Below, in pieces: positions 27,233-39,475 of a stretch of 64,000 nucleotides of DNA (positions are counted from its first letter, which is position 1; the number at the start of each line of letters is the position of its first letter). Source of the DNA: Octopus sinensis (Eukaryota); assembly GCF_006345805.1 (NCBI RefSeq), contig NC_043008.1, positions 19,902,001-19,966,000 on the forward strand, read 5' to 3'. The position numbers and the translations under genes are program-made. The notes below the pieces were generated by a model. It had not been told where the DNA came from, made no database searches, and saw only the letters and a list, made by a program, of their open reading frames with translations.

Positions 27233-27959
27233 AAATGTTTGCAAGGCACCAGCGGGCCTCAATAGGCACATTCGTGTCAATAGAACAGGATTAACATTGT
27301 ATTTTGCTGAACCCGCATTTCTCGCTAACGGCAAGAGAATCCATTATATATATTCATATACAATGTTTTTCTCCTTGTTATTCTTTATAGACACCGAACC
27401 TAGATTACAACCATTCAATTCATAGCTATAAATGCCTTCCTCCTCCACTTTCCAAATACCGTAATGCCTGACCTCTCACCCCGAATCGACTCTTACGAAA
27501 AATAATGCTGGCATCTCATCTTTATCGTTATATTTGATTTTTTACTGTTATTTCTATTTTCACTCTCATTCATTCTTTCTCACACCTATCCCATTCTTTT
27601 CTTTTTTCTCTTCATCCTCTCTCTTCTGTTCACTCACTCGCATCCAATATAATGATGCCTCTCTTTCTCGCTCTATATAACCACGTTGATTATTTTCAAA
27701 CTAGCTAACCACTTAATTCTATTCCTCCAACATGCACGCAACATACTGCCGAAATTCTACCTGGATTTATCAGGGATTATATCTATACCTTCACGGAAGT
27801 ACGGACCATCCTTCGTACTCTCTGGAAGAAGATGAACTGTGAACTTTATTCTGGAGTCTGTATTCTACTATCTATTATTTTTCACTCTATTCTATCTACT
27901 ATTTTATTCCTTATAAACTGTCAATAACCCTGCCTAGATCTTACATGCATAATCACCTT

Positions 27960-28035
27960 GTCTCTGATGACGGAATATCCATTGTACAGACGTGCTAGCC
28001 TATCTTTTGGGATATCGCAGAAACAGTTGTAAGAC
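27960..28035 (+). ncRNA. Degenerate type-I hammerhead ribozyme at the end of a putative Penelope-like remnant (~27300-28050)
   Basis: GTCT-CTGATGA-(ATATCC/GGATAT stem II, base eroded)-GAAA-CAGTTGT-A-AGAC; stem I GTCT/AGAC; near-palindromic stem III ACAGTTGT. Confidence 0.55.
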
Positions 28036-29004
28036 TTCAGATGCACCTTGCCCTAATTAAATATTCTAAATGACTTGAGATACTCGCCCTGCGTCGGTTT
28101 TTGTTGTCCTTTTTCCTCTTATATACTACATACCTGCTAACATAATAGCCTAATACGGATCCATAGCTCCAGCCTCAGCTGTGAACTTGGAACCTAACTG
28201 ATGACCAATTATAGCATTTACTCAGCGAACCTATAATTTGGGTGCATATATGTGTAGTTTTTGTTCGTCCTCTACGGTCTGACAACGAGGTTTTGGTGGT
28301 TTTCACACCGTATAGAAACACCTGAGCATCAGAGATAAATAGGATACGTACCAGGTTTAAAACCTAACCACTGGTATTGTTTTTATCCGCTACAACCCTT
28401 CAAAGTATTGCTCCAGTATGGACACACGTCAGAGTAACAGATAAAAGATGAAGACACACACACACATACATATACATATATAACATACATCCACATATTC
28501 ATACATAACCTACATACACACATACACATACATAGCACACATTCACACATACATACATACGTACATATATAACATATATACACATACACATACATACATA
28601 CATATATACATACAGTACAGTACGAAATGGAAATTTGGGTTTACTACAAGAATTGCAGTTTGTTCCTCCGGTTAAAACACATATATTTAATCTACCCTTT
28701 TAATTGCCAATTGCTGTCACAATATTTTTACATTAAATGAGAAGTGTAATTATTACCTTCAGCAACATCAGGTCTTTTCCTTTCCGAGAGGCGAGCACAT
28801 TTATAACATAAATATATACGACGCGAATAAATATTTATGAAAATTACGTTATAGAGACGCATCTACTGGCAATTAGCATATAAATAAATCAATTAGAGGC
28901 AATATGTTTTCTGTTACTTTCCAAAGTGCAACACTGAATGTGCTATTGCAGTTTGGTTCCTAGAAATTGGACGTTTCCTGCAGGGAGAAATACGCATATA
29001 CACA

Positions 29005-29076
29005 TAAAAATGTTAATACCCGCATACCTCTCTCTCTTTCTCTCTCTCTGACTCTTTCTTTCACTATGTGTGTCTG

Positions 29077-29108
<32 letters not shown>

Positions 29109-29188
29109 CACACAACGTATTTACATGTGTGTGCATGTTTGTGCTTATATATATATATATATATATATCAAGTATATATGTATATTTG

Positions 29189-29246
<58 letters not shown>

Positions 29247-29425
29247 AACGTACACACACATGTATGTATACATATTTATACATATATGCTCACATATCAT
29301 GTATGTATATATGTATGTGTGTGTGTGCATGTGTGTATGTATGTATGTATGTATGCATATAGGTAGGTAGGTAGGTAGGTAGGTAGGTAGGTAGGTAGGT
29401 AGGTAGGTCGGTAGGTAGGTATATG
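29005..29425. repeat. (CT)n/(TA)n/(TATG)n/(GGTA)n microsatellites
   Basis: Direct reading. Confidence 0.93.
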
Positions 29426-29888
29426 TGTAATCACCAGCTTTGCACAATTATATCTATAGAGATATGCTTGTAGCAAAATCACATTTGATACCTCGATATG
29501 GAAAGTTAAATACTCTGATTTAATTAGAAGTATTTTCTCTATCGCCAGAAAGACGAAAAAAAAATAATTCTGATTTTTGTAGCGTTTGTTAACTTATTTA
29601 TCAATGATCGTTTACTCACTCTCTTGACCAAAGAGAGAATATTAGCTTATAGCTATATATGGTATACAAAAACTTGGGAAGAAGTGAATTAATCTACTCT
29701 TCTTTGAATAGTTTCTCAATAGCTGCTAACTAGAATAATTAATATTTCTACATTAAATAGATGGAATTAATCTCCAGAACGTCTGTATTTATCCATGTTC
29801 TCAATGGTTGGCGACGTGGATAATATACTCTTTTCTACAGCAGGTTCATTAACGGTGCCTATACTTTTTTATGTCATATGTTTATACT

Positions 29889-30226
29889 GAGACCCCCTTC
29901 GGGCACGGCACAGACCATGGGATTGCACCTAGAAAGTTACCCTCTCAGGCACAAGACCGGACAAGGTTGTTTATGGAAGACCAGCAGTCGCCCATGCATA
30001 CCGGCCTCCCCTCTCCACGCCACCAGTGTTATCCAAGAGAAAGGCAACGGACGATACAGCTTGGCACCTATGACATCGCAACTCATTTCTACAGCTGAGT
30101 GAACTGGAGCAACGTGAAATAAAGTGTCTTGCTCAAGAACACAACACTCAGCCTGGGACGGGATTCGAGCTCACAACCTCACGATCGTAAACTCGACGCT
30201 CTAACCACTGAGCAATGCGCCTTCAC
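29889..30226 (-). mobile_element. SINE-D full length (tRNA head + V/CORE-like central block)
   Basis: rc: gtgaaggcgcattgctcagtggttagagcgtcg...tcgaatccc, then tgttgtgttcttgagcaagacactttatttcacgttgctccagttcactcagctgtagaaatgagt. A fragment also occurs at ~23870-23975. Confidence 0.88.
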
Positions 30227-30619
30227 CATAAGTCAGTAGAAGCAATTAAGACCATATAATGGTATTAAGTTTGTCGTATCTTTGAAATCGTTATGCATTT
30301 CAAATTAGCGTTCCGTAGCTTGGACATAAGAAAACGTTTTCTTTAACTCCATCTTAGGTAACCAGTGCATGATATATTTAACATATTTGTTTGAAAAGAA
30401 GACGTCACCCGAACAAATCACGAGATTGTCATCTGCATTGTAGACGTTGTAGTATATATGCAGAGTAAAACAGGAACCGTCCCTTGCGACTTAAAGATGA
30501 AATACAATTTAATATTCATGTATATAAATTGAAAGATACAAATTGGAAATCTGAATCTAAAGTATGCAGCAGGTGCTGCTTTCAATTTAACAGTGCATTA
30601 CCAATATTTACTATATCAT

Positions 30620-31060
30620 AAGGCGGGGAGTTGGCTGAATTGTTAACACACTGAACAAAAACTTTGCGGTATTTCGTCCCTCTTTTCGTCCTGAGTTCAA
30701 ATTCCGCCGAGGTCGACATCGCCTTGCTCGATAAAATAGGTACCAGTTGGGTTCTGAGGTCGATGTAATCGACTTACCACATCCCCAAATGTATGTCGTA
30801 GTGCCAAAGTTTGAAACTAATATTTACTATATCAGTTCCAATCAAGGGGTCGAACTGGCAGAACCGTTTGCACACAGTAATAAATGCGTAGCAAGATTAC
30901 GTCCGTAATTACGTTCAGTTCAAAATCCCCTGGCGATGAGATTAGCTTTCATCCTTTCCGCGTCGATAAAACGAGTACCAGTCAAACACTGGCGTCGATT
31001 AAGTGAATTACCCTTCCTCCGATATTGCTGGCTTTGTGTCAAAATTTGGAATCAATATCT
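30620..31060 (+). mobile_element. Two degenerate SINE-A copies in tandem
   Basis: aaggcggggagttggctgaa...ctgagttcaaattccgccgaggtcgac; second copy starts cgaactggcagaaccg. Confidence 0.8.
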
Positions 31061-31174
31061 ATGCATGTGGATTAAAAGATATGGATTGAAAAACTGAGTT
31101 CAAATTTTGAGGCATGTTCAACTTTCCATGTAATAATCTATTATACAATTTATTCATGAATTATCAACATCAAA

Positions 31175-31316
31175 AGTAGCTTGCCTACCAACCACATGGT
31201 TCCGGGTTCAGTCCCAATGCGTGGCATCTTGGGTAAGTGTCTTCTTCTATAGCCTCGGGCCGACCAATGCCTTGTGAGTGGATTTGGTAAACGGAAACTG
31301 AAAGAAGCCTGTCGTA

Positions 31317-31409
<93 letters not shown>

Positions 31410-31960
31410 AAATCAAATTGCGATAAAATAAAAATAATTATTTTCGCTGGTATTTCTAGCACAAGCCATATATTTTTCATATATCAGTACATTAAGGCGA
31501 AATATGTGCTAGGAACACAGAAGCTAGATAAATTTAGTGAAATGAAGATAAAAACATTTACTAACTCGGTTCCTCTCAGACTGCAGTTTCTTTCTTTTCA
31601 GCAATAAAGATAATTTATTTGCTCAGGGAGAATACATTAGTAAGAGCCCTGTTGTTCTGAGATCCTAACTCACTAGAAGCATGTGCTTCTAATGATTTAC
31701 TCTCTCTAACTAATCAGATCATATATATATGTGTGTGTGTGTGTGTATATGTTTGTGTGTCTGTGTTTGTCCCTCTAGCATTGCTTGACAACCTATGCTG
31801 GTGTGTTTACGTCCCCGTCACTTAGCGGTTCGGCAAAAGAGACCGATAAAATAAGTACTGGGCTTACAAATAATAAGTCCAGGGGTCGATTTGCTTGACT
31901 AAAGGCGGTGCTCCAGCATGGCCGCAGTCAAATGACTGAAACAAGTAAAAGAGTAAAGAG
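31175..31960 (+). mobile_element. SINE-B split by a ~315 bp insert (31406-31720) inside its internal TA tract
   Basis: 5' half 31175-31320 and 3' half 31725-31960 are collinear with intact copies. Confidence 0.85.
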
Positions 31961-32734
31961 TATCAAATATACCAGTTCCAACCAAACCTTCTCAGAATTC
32001 TTCAATACAGTTTAATCCAATAGTCTGCGCGTATTTCAGCGGGGTTATTTCAAAGTAGTCCAACATTTACTTTCTAAAGCATCAAGTTCAAGAGGTGCAT
32101 GACTTTTGAGGAATATCCTTAAGACAATGAGTATTAGAAGGTTCCTTAGAAATAAGATAAATCCGTTGTCACTACACACTTGCGTATGAAAACTGGTGTT
32201 CTTTGATAAAATATGCAATAATGTTGTACTTTACTTGCTGAGAAGTGTACAAATGTATTTCTGTCTCACAAATTGTTTTATAATTAAATTGTTGCAAAAT
32301 TTATCATAGATTTTTCAAATTTTTCTTCCTAAATGTAAAGCCTGCTTCTTGCAGAATCTGCCTATCAAATGTTTACTCCAAAGAAAAAGATGAATTTTGA
32401 AAACTACTTCATTTTGATCACCTGATAAACATCAGTACTTTTAGGCACTACATCTTGAGAAGTGTCAGCTTTTTCTAAACGCAATTATCATCTTTCCGGA
32501 AATTTTCTTCTCATTTATGTCAAGTTAAATGTTTTCAACTAAAATTCTTGAAAATGCTGTAAACAACAGGATGCATTCAATGATTCTCAAGTGTATTAAA
32601 TATTCTTCAATATATATAGGCATGTATATATATATGTACATCTCTCTCTCTGTCAATATATATATATATATATTTACATGTATATATATATATATATATA
32701 TATGTATATACATATGTATATATATATATATGTA

Positions 32735-32775
<41 letters not shown>

Positions 32776-32837
32776 CCAAGCACACACACGCACACACACA
32801 CAGGCATACACACACACATATATATATATACATAAAT

Positions 32838-33465
32838 GGCAATTTCAATCTGTGGCTGTGTATGTTTTTGTGAATTTGTTACTGTAACTCATCCGAGACT
32901 ATCCAACCGATCTTGATGAAACTTCACACGTGTGTGTGTGCGTGGCGGGGGGTTATGCCTATGGTATCACTTACGCAATTACAATTAAAAAACAAAAACT
33001 CGGTGATTTTTAATCAGCATCGATTTTAAAAAAATCAATGGGACATTTCAATGCAAATTCTCATATTTCCTGCCATAACTTTGAAACTTTCCGACCGATT
33101 TTCTTGAAATTTTAAACACAGATGGAATATGAGCTGCGGATGAGTCCAGACAAATAAATTTTTACCTAGGTCATTCACGCAGCGCTTCAGATAATATTTG
33201 ATTAACTGATTAACGAAACTTGGCCTAAATTGTTGTGGGCTTAAAATATTCATCAATTATTTCAGCATTTCCAGGTTGTAACATGTATTTTCGTAAAACC
33301 TGGACTTAAACTATCTAAATGTTGCCCGCTGTGTGCTAAAACATATAACATGTATTTTCTTAACACTTGGATTTAAATTGACGGGTCAATATTTGATTCT
33401 CACGATCAGTCAAACTATACCCATAAAAGACACGTCGTCAAATTAAGTGCATGTGCACTTAAAAG
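32838..33465 (+). mobile_element. Helitron/Helentron-associated (HINE/DINE-like) non-autonomous element
   Basis: atctgtggctgtgtatgt start, ccgatcttgatgaaacttcacac and ccgattttcttgaaatttt motifs, ~35 bp diverged direct repeats (33278, 33349), terminal palindrome TTAAGTGCA-TG-TGCACTTAA (33443-33462). Family call from recalled motif similarity. Confidence 0.5.
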
Positions 33466-33957
33466 TTTCTCTCAGGTTCGGTTCAAATTTGCCCCAAAAT
33501 GACGAAAATAATAACTTTCGTGTGCTTTTTCCCTCTTCATAGTATCTTAATGGCGTTTTTGTAAGTATAAAATCTCTTTTCTCTAAATACATTTTTGTTA
33601 ACTTTTCAAACTTATATGTTCCTTTTTTTCTTAACTCTCTTTTACGATTCTCTTCTTGATGCTTACATTGATTATATATTTGTAGCTTTCCAATCATCTG
33701 ACCAAACGGTTATCATAATATATATATAAAGAAATAATCGATATCAGACTTATTTTATCAAACCGAATTTTAATAAATTTCATCAAATAAAATAAACGAA
33801 TCAGATTGGACCTAAAATGGATTCAGATTTTATTTCATATTTCATATTTTCAGACAATTGTTTCGGACACAGAACATCATAAAGGTCGAATTTATCCTAT
33901 TCAGTAGGGGAGATTTAAGTAGCCGAGTTTAGAGAGAGCTTATGTACATATGTGTCC

Positions 33958-34007
<50 letters not shown>

Positions 34008-34011
34008 CATG

Positions 34012-34705
34012 AGTGATGATGCAATCTTTCATGTGCATGTTACTAAATTGGCAATGAAATATAGGCGGCTAACCGGATGGATTCTTAGAACCACTTTGAC
34101 TATTGCTCTCAGCTATGGTCACCATCCAGTGTCAAGTTAATCACAGAACTTGAGGCGATCCAACGAAGCTACACGAAGAAGATAGCCTCTGTGCAGCATA
34201 TAAGCTATTGGGAGAGACTCAAGAGATTGCGACTCTATTCCTTAGAGCGTAGGCGAGAAAGATATGCCATAATATACATCTGGAACATTCTAGAAGGACT
34301 TGTCCCAAACTTTGGCATCGAGAGTTACACAAATGCCAGAACTGGGCGCCACTGCATAGTGCCAAAGACTCCAAATTTGCCATCAAGATGTAGGACAAGA
34401 TACTGTGATAGCCTGGGCTTCCGAGGCCCACAGCTCTTCAATATCCTCCCGAAGAACCTAAGAGACGTGCATGGGGTGCATGCAGATGTCTTTAAAATGA
34501 AACTGGATCTCTTCTTGTTAGGTGTCCCAGATGAACCAACTTCACGGCAGGAGGTGCAGATGAGGGCAGCTGCATCGAACTCTCTCATGCACCAAATGGC
34601 ATTTGCTAAAAAGCATTCGTGAAGGAAAAATCATGTAGCAACACCAAATGGCGGTGCCCCAGCATGGGCACAGCTTGTAGCTGAAACTAAATAAAATTAA
34701 AAAAT
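34012..34705 (+). mobile_element. 5'-truncated CR1/L2-group LINE 3' end (post-RT region + 3' UTR)
   Basis: ...GWILRT/(deletion, frameshift)LDYCSQLWSP...LEAIQRSYTKKI..YWERLKRLRLYSLERRRERYAIIYIWNILEGLVPN...FRGPQLFNILP; 143-aa ORF 34191-34622; A-rich tail; inserted in (TA)n. Confidence 0.9.
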
Positions 34706-34734
34706 AAATATATATATAAAAATATATATGTATG

Positions 34735-34804
<70 letters not shown>

Positions 34805-34911
34805 GGTATATATATATCTCTCACAATATACATGCATGCATACATACACACACACATACACATGCACACACACACACACACACACACACCACACACACAC
34901 ACCACACACAC

Positions 34912-34943
<32 letters not shown>

Positions 34944-35477
34944 ACATGCATATATATTTAAGTAACATGAGTTTATGTATTCGATGGTAAATATCAGACA
35001 GCAGACAATCACATCCTTGCAGACAGTCAATTGAGATACCTGTCTGTTTGCTTCCAGACTAGCCACCTGTTGTAATTATGTGAACGTTTGACGATAACAA
35101 CACTATTGTACAAAATACATACATACATACATAGATACATACACACATACGAAAACATATGTATATATATATATATACATATATATAAATATATACATAC
35201 ATACATACATACATACATACATACATAGAGAGAGAGAGAGAGGGGGAGAGAAATTCAAGGGTAGATAGATAGATAGATATGAAATTAAGATGTCTTAGGA
35301 AATATAATAACGTCATGAATTCCATGATATAATTTCTTACTTGTTTTTCATTTAAATTTCCTATTATTTGTTCGTACTCGCTTACGCTTCGTTCTGAAGT
35401 ATATGGATATATGGATATTGAATTTTTACGCTATTTTATTAGTATAGTTATAACAATGTGAACATTACCTTAGATCT

Positions 35478-35672
35478 GGGCTTCCCTGAGCGGGTGAAGA
35501 CGACGGCGATCGGCGGCGGCCTTCGGTCCGCGAGTCGGGTTTCTTGAGAAGGCAGCCCAAAGATCATTGCAAAGCTAAATACGGGGATGAATCCGATCGC
35601 TGGCAAAGTTGAAAAGAACTTTGGAGAAAGAGTTCAAGAGATCGCAAAACCACCTTGGGTTATACGGGTGGT
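35478..35672 (+). pseudogene. 28S: Diverged, internally deleted fragment of 28S rRNA (5' region, around expansion segments D1-D2)
   Basis: gagtcgggtt..ttgagaa.gcagcccaaag, gctaaatac, ccgat, aaagttgaaaagaactttg.aga.agagttcaagag and cgggtgg occur in canonical LSU order; the gggtggtaaact and aagtaccgtgagg blocks are missing. Confidence 0.85.
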
Positions 35673-36424
35673 ATAGAGAACAAAAGTAAATGGTATACGG
35701 TGCGATAGAATAACAAATTTTGGCAACTTAAGTTACTTTGTTTTTCTATATCGACATTACAAAATAACTTCGGTGAGTTGATTATTTTTATTGAACCCAC
35801 CGTTGACAATTAAGTTCGCTAAATATGTGAATAAAGTCTAAAATTTAAAAGACGCGGAAAAGGTAGTATGGAAGCTACATATGTTTCTTAACTAGCTGAT
35901 GCCTATTACGAAAGGATTAACTAAAGAACTGTCCATGGCGTAACACGTCATCCGATCGAAATTACCTGAATGAAGTTACATTGTCACAACGAATTCCAAA
36001 CAACGAAAGGCGGTTTAAACAAACACGCATATTCATTTAAATAAAAATATACCGTACACATATGCAAGCACGCATGCATTCATACATAGCATATATATAT
36101 AAATGAATGAAAGAAATGAAAGAATGGAGTTGAACGATGAGAAGGCGGCATAATGCACCTCTTATTCCTTCGAAATTAGGAATATGAAGCCTTCGAAACA
36201 TATGTCGAGAATAAAGGAATTTTGTTAATTCGTCGTTCAACACCATTCTTTCATTTCTTTCATTTATTTGTATTAAAAAAAACACACAAATTTCCACACG
36301 AAAGCACGTGATCTCTGCCATTGGCATGTAGCTTCAACCGTGTTTTTCTGATGTGAATTTTCTACCCAGGTATCGGTTAAACGAATTATCCATAATAAGA
36401 TAATTCATTCAATTACTCTTATAT

Positions 36425-36467
<43 letters not shown>

Positions 36468-36950
36468 TGTGTCTGGGAGAGTCATCTTTTTATGCTTTAT
36501 AATGTAACACACTCACCGCTAAACTTTCCACTTATTTCTTATTTTTATTTTCCTAAAATTTTCGTTGCGCCTTGCAACATTTTCAATAGTCTTGACTCTG
36601 TCGTTCCCTTTTGTTTGTGCGCATACAGAGGTACACACATACATACATATATACATATGCATTCACACATATATATACATATATACACATGTAAACACAC
36701 ACATACATACATACATGCATGCATGTATAGGCACACACACACACACACACGCACACACTGGCCCACACACATGCGCACAAACAAACAAAAGGGAACGCAG
36801 TGTAAATAACAGACAGAGTCAAGACTATTGAAAAGGTTGCAAGACGCAACGAAAATTTTAGGAAAATAAAAATAAGAAATGATTGGAAATGTTTTCGGTT
36901 TGTGTGTTAAATAATAAGGCCCAAAAAGAAAATGACTCTCCCCAGACACA
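36468..36950. mobile_element. Fold-back element/MITE with ~150 bp inverted arms and a CA-microsatellite spacer
   Basis: Termini tgtgtctgggagagtcat / atgactctccccagacaca; inner arms ttcctaaaattttcgttgcg.cttgcaac.ttttcaatagtcttgactctgtc match the reverse complement at 36825-36880. Confidence 0.88.
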
Positions 36951-37032
36951 ACAGAACATGCTTCAACACACGAACTCACATAAAGAATCTTGCAAACCAA
37001 ATGAAAAACTATATATATATATATATATATAT

Positions 37033-37432
37033 TTTTATTACTTGTTTCAGTCATTTTGACTGTGGCCATGCTGGAGCACCACCTTTAATCGAGCAACTCG
37101 ACCCCGGGACTTATTCTTTGCAAGCCCAGTACTTATTCTATCGGTCTCTTTTGCTGAACCGCTACGTGACGGGGACATAAACACACCAGCATCGGTTGTC
37201 AAGCAATGCTAGGGGGACAAACACAGACACACAAACACACACACACATACATATATACATATACATATATACGACGGGCTTCTTTCAGTTTCCGTCTACC
37301 AAATCCACTCACAAGGCTTTGGTCGGCCCGAGGCTATAGTAGAAGACACTTGCCCAAGGTGCCACGCAGTGGGACTGAACCTAGAACCATATGGTTGGTA
37401 AGCAAGCTACTTACCACACAGCCACTCCTGCG

Positions 37433-37436
<4 letters not shown>
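37033..37436 (-). mobile_element. SINE-B full length
   Basis: Reverse complement of the family consensus. Confidence 0.95.
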
Positions 37437-37480
<44 letters not shown>

Positions 37481-37875
37481 AGGAGTGGCTGTGTGGTAAG
37501 TAGCTTGTAAACCAACCACATGGTTCCGGGTTCAGTCCCACTGCGTGGCATCTGGGCAGGTGTCTTCTGCTATAGCCCCGGGCTGACCAATGCCTTGTGA
37601 GTGTGTTTGGTAGACGGAAACTGAAAGAAGCCTGTCGTATATATGTACATATATATGTTTGTTTGTGTGTCTGTGTTTGTCTCCCCTAGCATTGCTTGAC
37701 AACCGATGCTGGTGTGTTTACGTCCCCGTCACTTAGCGGTTCGGCAAAAAGAGACTGATAGAATAAGTACTGGGCTTACAAAGAATAAGTCCCGGGGTCG
37801 ATTTGCTCGACTAAAGGCGGTACTCCAGCATGGCCGCAGTCAAATGACTGAAACAAGTAAAAGAGTAAAAGAGAG
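37481..37875 (+). mobile_element. SINE-B full length, head-to-head with 37033-37436
   Basis: Separated only by ~45 bp of (TA)n. Confidence 0.95.
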
Positions 37876-38467
37876 TATATATATAATATACATATATATA
37901 TGCATAAGATATACATACACATGCATACACACTGACACACATTATTGTATTCTAAAATTCTCACTTCACGTTTCTTATGCCACTGTATTCAATACAGCTT
38001 CACTAACAGTCATTGTATTGTGAGATTCCATGTACATATTTTAATCTACGTTTACATACAATACAACTGTCTGTAGAACACATATCTGCTAATCAATCAG
38101 TTCTTATTTCATTCACTAATCCCAAACTTAAATGTCGTTATTATATTAGCTTCTAGCAAATTTCTCCATTACAATATTGAATAATATGGACGATCTGCTA
38201 TATAAGTTTTCCATTTTGTTCATGAGATTTGGAAATGCCGAGAACGAGAAATACGTATTCAACGAATGTCTTCCCCATATTATCTTCGTCATTTCAAAGA
38301 TTTCACTCCAAAGCCACTGGAAGCCATATCCATTGCACTTTAAGGTTTCCTTCATTTGCATGTGTTGGAAGATCAGAGTCTATTCAAAAAAATAGCATTG
38401 TATTATATACACAAACACGACTGAAGTAAATAGACGAACCATAAAATATCGCTTTATGTTTGTTCTA

Positions 38468-38634
38468 CAGGCGCAGGAGTGGCTGTGTTGTAAGTAGGTT
38501 GCTTCCCAACCACATGGTTCCGGGTTCAGTCCCTCTGCGTGGTACCTTGGGCATCCGTCTTCTACTATAGCCACGGGCCGACCAAAGCCTTGTGCGTGGA
38601 TTTGGTAGACGGAAACTGAAAGAAGCCTGACGTA

Positions 38635-38711
<77 letters not shown>

Positions 38712-38929
38712 TTGTTTGTGTGTCTGTGTTTGTCCCCCTAGCATTGCTTGGCAACCGATGCTGGTGTGTTTACGTCCCCGTATCTTAGCGCTTCGGCAAA
38801 AGGGACTGATAGAATAAGTACTGGGCTTACAAAGAATAAATCCCGGGGTCGATTTACTCGACTAAAGGCAGTGCTCCAGCATGGTCAAAGTCAAATGATT
38901 GAAACAAGTAAGAGAGTAAGAGAGTAAAG
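38468..38929 (+). mobile_element. SINE-B full length
   Basis: Same family. Confidence 0.94.
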
Positions 38930-38989
38930 GTTTATATTTTTTAATTTATTAATTAACATTTTTCAGGTTCTATATGTCACTGCTTAACA

Positions 38990-39475
38990 ATGCCATATAG
39001 AAAAGAAGCTTTGAATTTGTCTGAATTTCAAAGAGATCGTATTGTAGGTCATTCTGAAAGTGGACATAGTAAGTGTAAAATCGCAGAAACCTTTGGGATT
39101 CCGCTTTCTACAGTTAATAGAGTAATTGTGCAATTCACTAGAGAGAGGAAGGCGTCCACATCACTTCGCCCAGACCAAATAGGGCCTCCTGACAGGACCC
39201 TTCTCTTCGCTAAGAGTAGTTTGGAAGATAATATTCGTCGCAAGGCCTCCGACATCGCAGAACAAGTTGTCAGTCTCAGAATAGCTGTCAGGTATCTCCA
39301 TAAACATGGTTAATACGGCAGAGAGCAAGAATGAGGCTACTTCTTCGACCAGCCAACATCAAGCGGAGAAAAGATTGGTCCAGTGATATGGTGGAGAGGC
39401 CACTAGCATATGAGGACACCGTTATATACTTTGATGAGTCTAGACTTTCTGTATTTCCTGACATCAATATTTGAG
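38990..39475 (+). pseudogene. Tc1-family transposase N-terminal remnant
   Basis: LSEFQRDRIVG..ESG.S...IAETFGIPLSTVNRVI (paired-like HTH), VRYLHKHG*YGR, LLRPANIKRR.DW, then YFDESR (first catalytic Asp); stop and frameshift present. Confidence 0.88.

Noticed and set aside
29889-30226. tRNA genes in SINE heads (also 47250-47320, 9235-9300 and others)
   Set aside because: A/B boxes present but no complete cloverleaf; each runs into a SINE core.
36170-36225. GAAAC-ATAT-GTC palindromic stem III
   Set aside because: No CUGANGA core upstream.
38100-38400. Minus-strand frame with two TGA stops (possible selenocysteine/readthrough)
   Set aside because: No SECIS-like element seen and no homology; decayed sequence is more parsimonious.
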